DNA of 64,000 nucleotides, from positions 868,001-932,000 of the forward strand of contig JBLDXI010000012.1 in the NCBI GenBank assembly GCA_047495785.1, written 5' to 3'. How positions within the stretch are numbered: the stretch's first letter is position 1; each line of letters opens with the position of its first letter. Positions 11,953 to 21,612 of this stretch are shown here, piece after piece. The position numbers and the translations under genes are program-made. The stretch comes from Lepidodermella squamata (Eukaryota > Animalia > Gastrotricha). A model generated the notes under the pieces. The model ran no database searches, had not been told where the DNA came from, and worked only from the letters and a program-made list of their open reading frames with translations.

Positions 11953-12567
11953 ATGATAACTAAACTAATTTGTACTTTATTCTTGACTTTGGTCATTCTT
12001 TTGAGCTTTACCGGGGCGAACCCCACGGTAGAAGAGGGCGAAGTTGCTTTGAAGCCATTTCTCTCGCCGGACGAAATTGAGCAACTCAACAAAGAGAAAG
12101 AAGGCCGCAAAAACCGCCCATCGACCACGCCTGAAGTCGAAACAACGATCAACCAAGTCGGGCCAATCACCTCCGCCCCAGCTTACGAAACGTTTGTTCT
12201 GAAGCCTGTTATGAGTAAGGACGAACTCGCCCGACTTGAAGCGATCAAAAACAAGCGCAGAAACAAATCAACCACAACTACGACTCCAGCTTCACCTACT
12301 GAAGCCGCGATGGCCGATGGTGATATCGCTGCGCCTGTGCAATGTCCGCCTCCGTTTAGCCAATGCATCATTGCCCAGCCACCGTATGGAATGTTCCTTC
12401 ACAACACGCCGCAAATGATGCTGATGGTGTTCCACGATTCTGTTTCGAAAGACTCGATGGGGGTGAATCGGGAATTGCTCCCGATGACAAGACGTAATGC
12501 CCATGGCAATGCGCTCGACATGATTTTTATATGGCGTGGATCTTACTTTTTTCAAAGCTTAAACTAA
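11953..12567 (+). CDS. Orphan secreted protein with a duplicated LKP...DE...L motif; the 3' end may be spliced to an acceptor at 12625
   Basis: Signal peptide MITKLICTLFLTLVILLSFTGA. Repeats VALKPFLSPDEIEQL and FVLKPVMSKDELARL are each followed by a basic and Thr-rich tract. Confidence 0.6.
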   Translation: MITKLICTLFLTLVILLSFTGANPTVEEGEVALKPFLSPDEIEQLNKEKEGRKNRPSTTPEVETTINQVGPITSAPAYETFVLKPVMSKDELARLEAIKNKRRNKSTTTTTPASPTEAAMADGDIAAPVQCPPPFSQCIIAQPPYGMFLHNTPQMMLMVFHDSVSKDSMGVNRELLPMTRRNAHGNALDMIFIWRGSYFFQSLN

Positions 12568-12825
12568 CTTTTAAAAAGCCAGAACTAATAAAACTAATTC
12601 AGTTAAAAAAATATGGCTATTTCAGATGAAATCGAACCATCGTTCTCCTAGACAGTATCAGCATATTCAGCAACGACGCAACGATGGTTCATAAATGACC
12701 GTTAACAATAAGCAAAAACAAGTGGGGTTTGGCGAATTATTTCACATCATGAAATGCTGATGATCAATGAACGAGGAGTCGAACGATATCAAAAAGGTTG
12801 ATAGTCATCAGGGTTGCTGAGAAAA

Positions 12826-13260
12826 TCGGCTTCAAAGTTTACGGGGGAAAATTGCTAATTTCGAAACATTGCGCGATCAAAAATGGAGTTTTTTATTGCC
12901 TCAATTAATAATTTGTCGCGCGCAAATAAATTCTGATGTTATTTTCTTTTATGCGCACTCGAGATTTTCCGGGGTAATCTGAGGTGAGGAATTACAAGAT
13001 ATTCAAAAATGTTGATGGGATCAAGCTAGTGCTTCCACCTTGACCTGAACCGAAAAGCCTCTTCGGCGACACTTTGGGGTCTCCCGTCTTTTGAGGTGGA
13101 TGGGAGCTTCCAAGAGGTCCGAATTAAGAAGTTCGAAATCCTCGAAAATAACTGACTAAGAACATATAGTAATCCAAGAATCGGCCCACTTTAAGTCAAG
13201 ACAGGTTTTGCTGGCAATTGCAGAAAATACGCCAAATCCCACTTTTCACTCGTTAACGGT
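12826..13260 (+). repeat. Diverged dispersed repeat, copy 2
   Basis: Collinear similarity to 10790-11200. Confidence 0.75.
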
Positions 13261-13673
13261 CTAATTCGCCACTTTGATGAGTGCTGTACCGAATAAGCAC
13301 CACAAACCCGAACGCAACCCTGCATAAATAGTTGGACTTTGACTCTGCAAATCGTGTCTAGAATAGAGATACGAGGGGGTCCCAAATCGACATCGCAGAT
13401 AACAATGATTATAGCATTTCTTCAAAATCAATCATTAACACAATAATCGCCGGTCTTACCGCATTCGATAGCTCGACAGACGGGAAATTTTATGCAATAA
13501 AACCCGTTATTTTGTCCGTTGTCGTTGAAAAGCTATTCAACTGCAAAAGAACGGTGTCCAAAGTTACCCTGTCCTCGTTCACCCTGTACATTTTTTCAAT
13601 TCTCACGAAAAACAATAACTTTATTAGGATTATAACACGAAATTAGCAATTATCGCCTTGTTAATAGCTATCT

Positions 13674-15003
13674 TTAGTCTGATTTTTCTTCATTATCGCT
13701 GCCGGAGTCAGCCTCAGTGCGTTCAATACTGCCACTTTCCAATCGCGCCTCATCAGTCGCCTCGGTTTCTGATGGCTCGTACGCGTCATCTTTGAAAAGA
13801 TCATCATCTGCCGGAAGCTTAGTTACATACGGGCGCCGTCGTTCACAAATTCAAAAAACTGAGAAATTTTCATCACAATGGTTGCCCCCTTGAAAATTGC
13901 GATTTTGCAATAAATAACACAACCCAGTAGGTAATCGATGACGCTCTTCACACTGGTTACCGTTTTATCTCTCAATTAGCTAACCGTAACCTGCCATTAG
14001 CAATAAGTAAAAAATTTCGAATCGAAGTGTTTTTCAAGTAATTTCTAGGGTTAAAAAAATCGCTGATTCCGAAAATCACATTTTCAACTAAAAATTCGGC
14101 AATTTGAATTTTTTTATGTCATTTAGGCCCAGTTTTCGACCAGTTAGACTTGAAATAAAAATCTGGAAAATTCACCAAAATGTGCGGCTCAAAAATTTAC
14201 TAATTAGACCTGTTTTCAGCGTTCTAGAATGATTTTTAAGGGTGGTGACCATTGTCTCAAATGACAAAAATTTTGTAAAAATAATTTGTGAACGACGGCG
14301 CCCGTATGTAGCGTTTTAAGGCTGGCAGCCCCCATTGTCGTAGCGGCGCTCGACTGGTTGAACCTGTTCGAATTCGCAGATAAGTTGGTCTGCGGAAAAT
14401 AATTGGAAAATCAGCTTGAATGAAGATAACACTATTGGCAAACTTACTTGGTACGACGGTCCAACGCTTTCACTCAGGTCACTCGATGGAGGCGGTAGTA
14501 GATCCATCGTATCTGCGCTTTCCTCGGTGATAACACTGTCCATAGTTGGTGTATCAATTTCGGCCGGAGCTTCGTCAATCGCAGCAACTATCGCTTTCAT
14601 GGCTTCAACCTGCCCATTACCTTGTTTTCGGACACTTTTTCCCAAAGCAGCGCCGATGAAAAATGCGGCTAGCAGCGTGACAATAGTTAGCCAAATGATG
14701 TAAAATATTGAAACTTTGTCTTCGGCCAGTTTTTTGCCTCCATGATGACTGCGATTTCTAGCAGTCGCCTCAGGTTTGAAATGCGGACAGTCCGGTCTCA
14801 TGCCGCGGTAGTATCCGCACATCCATTGATAAGGTTTCGGGTAGATGAATCGACACGTTGCGGCGATATCTAAGCAACCGATCGCTATTTCCATCGGATC
14901 TTTCAACTTAACGACGGCGGGTTCTGCGTCGATTGGTTTGCTCAGATGATCGCATCGCACAAAGGCGAAGCAGAGTGAAACGACTAAATAAGACAACAGC
15001 ATC
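13674..15003 (-). CDS. Single-pass type I membrane protein with small Cys ectodomain and acidic tail; exon 2 interrupted by a MITE
   Basis: Signal peptide MLLSYLVVSLCFAFVRC and TM IFYIIWLTIVTLLAAFFIGAALG. Intron 14447-14390. Removing MITE 13826-14308 plus one TA gives the open frame ...ASLKTLTKLPADDDLFKDD...NEEKSD* ending at 13674. Confidence 0.75.
13826..14308. mobile_element. Tc1/mariner-type MITE inserted in a coding exon
   Basis: 26-bp perfect TIRs catacgggcgccgtcgttcacaaatt; TA at 13824-13825 and 14309-14310. Confidence 0.93.
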
Positions 15004-15223
15004 TTCCAACTAACGTTTAAAATCTCACAAAAATCGGCAACAATTTCCAAAACAAATTAGTTATCTCGCTTTTTAGGCTGGATTTTTTATTGCTATTATC
15101 GGTTTCGTTTATTCTTCGAATCTTTTTCTTTATCCAGTGATTTTACCGATATCATCAGATAGACAGCCGCAATTGAGCATCATTTCTGCCCATCTCGAAA
15201 ATTGGTTTATTTTTCATTAGAAA

Positions 15224-15464
15224 AGCCGCTCTGAAAGCGACTGACCCCTCCGGAAGTAGCCCTAGTTAAAGAGCCACCAGGCCGGAACGTTCATCAACGG
15301 CCGCCTCGAGACCAGCCACCGGTGAAGGTCGCCGGGCTCGTGCGGCCAAGTTCGCGCTCAGGGCCAGTCACCACGTCTCGTCATCGCGGTTTGGGTTTGT
15401 CGTCAGATGAGGCTGACGTTGGGGCAAATCTAAATAAAGAAATGATCCCAAGAAGTATGATCTT
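15224..15464 (-). ncRNA. U3 snoRNA
   Basis: 5' end AAGATCATACTTCTTGGGATCATTTCT (boxes A'/A), box C' GATGACGA (15385-15378), box B GAGCGCGAAC (15359-15350), box C TTGATGA (15297-15291), variant box D CAGA (15233-15230), terminal stem CCGC/GCGG. Order and spacing match known U3. Confidence 0.9.
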
Positions 15465-15586
15465 AATTTAAATTTTAAAAATTCTTTGGCCCCGTTATGA
15501 GATGGTGCTTTATACAGCCAGTCGATAGCTATGACTATTCAAAAAATAAAGAAAAAAGAAAATAGAAAATTATTAATAAAAGGTTG

Positions 15587-15658
15587 CTCCTTGGCAGGGA
15601 ATCGAACCCTGGTCTCCCGCGTGACAGGCGGGGATACTAACCACTATACTACCAAGGA
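15587..15658 (-). tRNA. tRNA-Asp(GTC)
   Basis: TCCTTGG/CCAAGGA acceptor stem, CTGTCAC anticodon loop, GGTTCGATTCC T-arm, TTTT terminator 5 nt downstream. Confidence 0.97.
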
Positions 15659-15715
15659 TTGGCTGATAAAACGTGTCCCAAACACAGACTGATTGTGCAA
15701 TCAATGCACTCCTAT

Positions 15716-15788
15716 GATGATGCTGACGTTGGGGCAAAACTTGATCTCAATTTAGAGATAAATAATTTTTCGGCGCCGTTTTGGGATG
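15716..15788 (-). repeat. Partial duplicate of the U3 upstream element and U3 5' end, with boxes A'/A deleted
   Basis: catcccaaaacggcgccgaaaaat...taaattGAGATCA-agttttgccccaacgtcagcatcatc versus U3 catctcataacggggccaaagaat...taaattAAGATCA[...]agatttgccccaacgtcagcctcatc. The element starts at -40 in both. Confidence 0.75.
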
Positions 15789-16100
15789 ATTATCGAATGC
15801 CTTTACAGACTAATCAGAATATTTCAACTCATGTCCAGCTTAGCTTAACAAGTATTTCTGCATAAAAATAACCAATGCATGCTGATGTTGAACGGATTCT
15901 CTGATTGATGATATTTTGCGAATGAACAAAACTATGCCATAAACGCGGCTATTTTCACGCAATACTGTTCGCCTTTTATTTAAAAGCGATAAATCATCAA
16001 TCGCATTATCACAAAAAGGTCATCACAATTGTTCTCAAATGTTCTTGAATATTGCGCGTTGCTTTATTGCTCATCTTCTCAATTCTGTTTCGACTTTCAC

Positions 16101-17404
16101 TTAGGCAGTCTTGACGGTGACGGGCTTGACGTGGTTGACGTTGCAGTTGACGCCGTTGATGCCGCCGAAGGCCTGGACGGCGGCGTTGAAGCCTCCGAAG
16201 GCGGGCAGCTTGTTGTACAGCTCGGACATGGTCGGGCACTTGGCGATCTCCTCGGTGGTCATCTTCGGCAGCTGGCACTCGACGACGAGGTGGCCCTCCT
16301 GGGTCAGGCACGACTTGAGCTCAACCTTGGTCAGGTCGATCTTTGCAAGGGTCTAATATAAATAGATCGTTAAAGTTATGAGATTGGATGAATATAGCTA
16401 CTTACCTCGGGCAGGACGAACTTGCGCGAGTACTTGCGGGCGACGGTGTGCTCCTTGCCGTCCTTGGCCTCGTGGGCAGCCTCGACGACGACGGCGCGCT
16501 CGGCCTTGTTCAGGGTGACGGTGACTTCCTCAGGCTTGAAGCCCTTGAGCTCGAAGCACAGGTACAGCTGGCGGTTGCCCTCGACGTCGATCATGCGGAT
16601 CGGGTGGGTCAGGGTGTAGAGCTCGACCTCGGAGGACGGGCGGAAGGCGATGTTGTACAGCTTGTTGTCAGCCGACAGGGTGTTCGACCAGGTGTTGGCG
16701 CCGAAGGGGCCGAAGGTGGTCGGGAACGAGCCGGTCCAGTTGTTGGCGAGGCGGGCGGCGTTCCAGGTGTTGGAGGCACCACCGAAGCGCGACTCGGCGA
16801 CGCGGGCGGCGATGACGTAGCACTGCTTGGCGCAGACGTCGGCGAAGAGCTCGGCGCCGATGCGGGCGGCGAACTCGGCGGTGTAGATGGCACCCAGGCG
16901 CTGGGCGATGATGGCGCCCAGTTCGGCGCCGTGCTCGGCTCCGAAGGTGTAGCACCAGCGGGCGCACTGCTCGACCGGCCAGCCGTTGACGAGCTTGACG
17001 GCGAGCTCGGCACCCAGCTTGGCGCACATCTCGGCTCCCCACTGGGCGCCGATGCGGACGGCCACCTCCTGGCCGACGAAGGTGTTGAGGCGGGCGGCGA
17101 CGATGGCGGCCAGCTGGGCACCGCACTCGGCACCGAAGACGCGGCCGGTCTCGGCTCCGCACTCGATCGGCGAGGCGAAGGTGTTGTAGGCGATCGGGGA
17201 CGAGGCGAAGGCGTTGTTGATGCCAGCAGCAGCGGCGAACGGGGTCGGGACGGCGGCGTTGATGAGGCTGCGCTCAACAGACGACGGCGAGTAGATGCCG
17301 GCCTTGCTGCGGAGCAGGCTCTCGACGTTCATCGGGCTTGAGTAGCCGGCGATCGAGGGAGCGACGGTCGACAGGGTCGGTTGGAAGTTGTACGAGCAGG
17401 CCAT
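16101..17404 (-). CDS. Large alpha-crystallin/HSP20-domain protein, copy A (416 aa; intron 16405-16353)
   Basis: ACD motifs FELKGFKPEEVTVTL, VEAAHE, RKYSRKFVLP, LTQEGHLVVE. N-terminal GAxxGA repeats. TATA box at 17522-17517. Confidence 0.9.
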
Positions 17405-17947
17405 TTTAGAGTTTGAGGAGATGAGTGAAAACACGAACGAAAGCGAAAATGAGCGAGAAGATGCTTTGATTGAGCAAAGAGCTGATTGATGATATCCTAG
17501 AGGCGCAGCGGCGTCATTTATAGGCCTCCCTTGGCATGGAGCACGTGTGCAGCCTCGCGCGCCAAGAATAGCGAACAATTGAAATGAAAATTGATGCGGA
17601 GCCAGACGAGGGGGAGCACGCGATTCAGGTGAAACAATAGAACACTAAAACTGAAAAAATTGAATCGAAGCCAATAACAAGAAAACATTTCGCCATCCGC
17701 GCGTAAAAAGCGTCATATTCACAAAATTGAATTTCCATTTTACTTCAACATCATGCCGATGAAACCTACTGCGTACAAGTTGAAGCGCGTGTCGCGACTT
17801 CGCAATCCTGCTATTCGCGTCCTCCGTTTTCAAAGCTCGACACAGTCGACCCGCTCCTGCTATTCGAGCCTCTAATCTCGGCCGTTCCGAGACCGATCCG
17901 TTCCATCGCATCCTATGTCGCAAAGTGATGCTTCGCCGCCGTCGATC

Positions 17948-17974
17948 GAAAGGAAAGGAAAGGAAAGGAAAGGA
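17948..17974. repeat. (GGAAA)n pentamer microsatellite upstream of sHSP copy A
   Basis: gaaaggaaaggaaaggaaaggaaagga. Confidence 0.9.
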
Positions 17975-18401
17975 CCTAGTGTTATCCATCTTAAAAAATT
18001 ACTAACTTTAAATGTCAAGGTCACTTTCACCCTTGTTTTAATTTTTATCCTCCTCACAAAACGACTTTCGAGATAAATCGAAAAAAGTATTTTTGAACTT
18101 TGACAATCTCACAACATCAAAATTAGCAGTTGTCAATGCTGAAATGTCACCGATTGTTCAGGAGGAGGTAATCGACCCCGCCTGATGAACCCAATTGCAA
18201 ATTGTAAGCTTATTCGTGGAGTGCTACGGATGTTTACCAATAGAAATGCTGAATTGGAGGACGATCAAAAATCTCAAATTCATCTTCAATTGCCAATAGA
18301 ATTAGGCAGATTTTTCAGATTTTATTCCGTCAGTCAAATCGAGAATAAATTATCAATATCACTGCAAACTTAGGTGAGGAACAGTTTTTCAATTAAATTA
18401 T

Positions 18402-19543
18402 TTATTTGCCGGGAGCAGCACCGGTTTCGACGGCGACCGAGTACGAGAAGTTGTTGGAGGCCGAGTAGCTGCCGCTCTTGCTGCCCTTCCGACCCTTGCC
18501 GTGCTTGCCACCGTGCTTCTTGCCACCAAACTTCTTTCCTCCGAACTTCTTGCCACCGTGGCGCTTGTTGCCATGCTTCTTGTTGTAGCCGCCGAAGGAG
18601 CCCGACCGCGAGTACGAGCCGGACATGGATCCGCGCTTGTGCACGCGCATGAACTTCTTGGTGGAGACCTTGCGGGCAGTGTTTGGGATTTGATTGATTT
18701 GATTTTGATTTGATTGATTTTGGGGTCATTTTTGCGCGATTTGATTTTAGAGGATTTGATTTGAAATATTTTGATTTGATTTTTGCGCAAAGATTTGATT
18801 CAACTTTTCAAAGATTTTGCTCATGATTTTGTAGTCCTAATCAGGTCTCCAATTGATACTGCAAACAACATATTGTACACCATTTTTCTATGTAAAAATG
18901 ATTACCAATATTCACTTGAACCAGGGAATTTCGCCGGTTTTCAACTCGATACACTTTTAAATTCAAAATTACAACCTCATGTTCTAAAAACCGTGTCATT
19001 GAGCTTTCGAGGTGAACAAATTCAGAGAAGAATTCTTCCAAGGATTTTGAGAGATTTTCCGAAATTGTGATTTGATTTTGAAGATTTGATTTTGGTTCCA
19101 GGCGATTTGATTTTAAAGATTTGATTTCGAATCCAGACGATTCGATTTTGAGGAAAAGATTGGATTTTACAGCGCTAAGATTTAGTCCCAAAATCAAAAT
19201 CAATCAAATCCCAAACACTGCTTGCGGGTGTGCTTGTTCGTGCGGGCCGACACCGACGCGGACACGGACTTGGAGAACGAGGCACGGCGGTGCTTGCGCC
19301 CGGCGACGAAGGCCTTCTTGGCCGGGCGCTTCTTCATCGCGTGCTTCTTCGGCTGCCGGTTGTAGGACACGCTGATGGAGACGCTCTTCGAGACGCTTTT
19401 ACCCTTGTTACCACGGCCAGCCTCGACGCTGGTGAAAGCTGAAATCGAAATTGAACATAAATGGAATGGGAAATTATGATATTGTCATGATTTTTACCAA
19501 GGCCCATGAGGGCAACAGCAGCCAAAACTAGGACAGCGCGCAT
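18402..19543 (-). pseudogene. Secreted basic protein copy B, disrupted by a hAT MITE (intron 19497-19439)
   Basis: Exon 2 is nearly identical to copy A. Insertion 18677-19220 introduces a TGA six codons after ...KHTRK. Confidence 0.8.
18677..19220. mobile_element. hAT-superfamily MITE
   Basis: TIRs cagtgtttgggatttgattgattttgattttg, 8-bp TSD cttgcggg (18669-18676 and 19221-19228), many subterminal GATTT repeats. Confidence 0.95.
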
Positions 19544-19903
19544 TTCGAATGGTAGAATAATGAGCTGAATATTCGATTGAAGGACTTGTTGATGATGCTT
19601 CTGCTAGGGATAAGCCCACGCTTTTATAGATAGTGCTCTCATTATCCAGAACGCATTGACATTATTTGAAATTTGTTGAAATTCGCAGTTAGCAATATTA
19701 ATTACAAAAACAATTATTTTTTTCGTCTATGGAAAATGACTGATTAGTTTTTTGTCACCATTTTTTATTTTAAATCCTTCTTGTCTTTTGCTACTATTAT
19801 CATGAGTTCAGCATCTTTTATTTTTTACTTAGTCGGATTAAGATCAAATAGAAAAATTCAAAAATTTCCTTTTTGGTAATGAGTTCCTACATGTAACGTA
19901 GTT

Positions 19904-20707
19904 TCACGATTGACTGCATTTGTTCACCATTAACGTCAAGTTTCCCGTTCCAACTTGAACAGCCGACCACTGAGAACCAGCGCCAATCGATTTACAGCAT
20001 TCAGCGAATGAAACCTCCGGCGTGTACTTCTCTATCGTCGGACCGCTGTCGCCAATCCCGTAGACATCAGGATGCTGAATGCAAAAATATTTCTTGCTAG
20101 TCCGATCTTGAAAAGGCCGAAATTTCCCAGATCTGAAGACGCAGATATCCAATCCTGTTGGTAGCTTGAAAATTTCCGACCCAGAGTTAGTCAAAGCTGG
20201 ATAGAGGGAAGAATGAGCGCTACAGCATTCCGAAAATGATTTGAAATAAATCGGATATTCCACCTATCATTACAACAGTTTCATTGATAGAAGCTTGAGA
20301 AATTTCAAAAGTTTACAAGTGGCTGAGCTTGACCTGATGGAACCAAGGTTTTGGGGTCGACGGACGTGTTCGACATACAGTAAAACATGTCGATAAACGG
20401 AGGATTGCTCATGACCTTCAAATTGTAGTGCCAAATGTAAAATCTCTGAAGATAGAAAAGCCACTGGAGAAAATTTCAAGAATTTGTCAATCCAAACCTC
20501 ATTTCTCGGAAGAGGTTTGAACACTTCTTGGCCGATGGTCTGGCAAGACTGAACGACTTTACAGGCATTTTCCTCAGCTGTTGATGCATCCGATGTTGTA
20601 GCCAAGTTTGCCGGGGGCTTATCGGTGACAGTAACTGCTGCGAAAATGCTGGCAGAAAGCGCTTGATTGATCAAAGCAAGGAGGAAACCTAAAATTATAA
20701 GTGACAT
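19904..20707 (-). CDS. Orphan secreted Cys-rich protein (introns 20497-20464 and 20316-20264)
   Basis: Signal peptide MSLIILGFLLALINQALS. Two GT-AG introns join three ORF pieces in frame. Internal repeat SFSECC / SFAECC. Confidence 0.75.
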
Positions 20708-21612
20708 TTTAAAAGTTTGCTCAATGCTTCAGCTACAGGGGAAAAGCCGGCATGCTTGAAGACAGAGCATGAAGCATTGGATTATCCGGCAACCTTGACC
20801 AGGCCTGACCATGGTCACCCTCTAAGCTCCGTGAGTCGGATTATACGCTGTGTCGAGTGAAATTGAGATACAGTTGAATTTCAGTGAACAAGGCGTATAC
20901 CTATTACCTGAAAAAAGTTCAGATTGACAACTATGATTGTCAGGAAATGTTGTATTATGAGAAGCTGAAAATTAAATCAGAATCAAACTTTAGCAGAAGA
21001 ATTTAGGAATTTTTTGGTAAAATTTGAGTGACCACAAATGATTCATCATATATGCGAAGTATTCCTAGCTGTGAAAGAAGCAATGCTATTGATTTTATTA
21101 CAAGCCCCGACATGGATGACGAGCGTCGTTCAATTTGAATCTGAGCAGCAACACATCCTCTCCTGTTTTCGTACCGCGTTCACACTATAGCTCCCATATT
21201 CTTTTGGTATAGCAACGGCTTGCGTTTTGCGCGTGGCGACTCAACAACAGTTAGCTTGTTTTTATAACAGCGCTAATCCAACAGGCGATAAGACATGGGA
21301 GTATTTGATTTCTTCGTCTCAAACAAAAATTAATCAGTGATATTTTCTTTTTACTGTGTTTGATAGCCGCTAACTCACGTGGCTTTTGCAAAATTATGAA
21401 GTGAGAGAATTTTGCACATTCTAGCACAAAAGTAAGACGATTGGAGAGAAGGATTTGCAATACGTTCGGTGTAGTATCGATCGCACGAATCATTCCACCT
21501 TGCTTTCAGCCCGTGATGATTGGCAGAAAGCGTGATCGGCCGCCTGGTGATGAGCGGCGAAATCAGTCTTATTTCTAACGGAAAATTATTAGAACTAGCG
21601 ATAAAAAAACTA

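Noticed and set aside
15221-15400. RNase MRP or SRP RNA interpretation of the GC-rich non-coding block
   Set aside because: All U3 boxes are present in the correct order, and MRP/SRP hallmarks are absent.
16388-17341. Long antisense or alternative-frame ORFs over the sHSP, basic-protein and stathmin genes (e.g. 317 aa here, 251 aa at 37238-37993)
   Set aside because: Expected shadows of strong C/G-ending codon bias; no independent protein features.
13826-19220. Programmed DNA elimination (IES-like) to explain the two exon-interrupting MITEs
   Set aside because: The two elements belong to different superfamilies with ordinary TIR/TSD structure. Recent insertion is simpler, and nothing in the sequence indicates somatic excision.
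18677-19220. GATTT repeat arrays as a CRISPR-like array or satellite
   Set aside because: Irregular subterminal repeats of a hAT MITE, with no constant repeat-spacer period; eukaryotic context.
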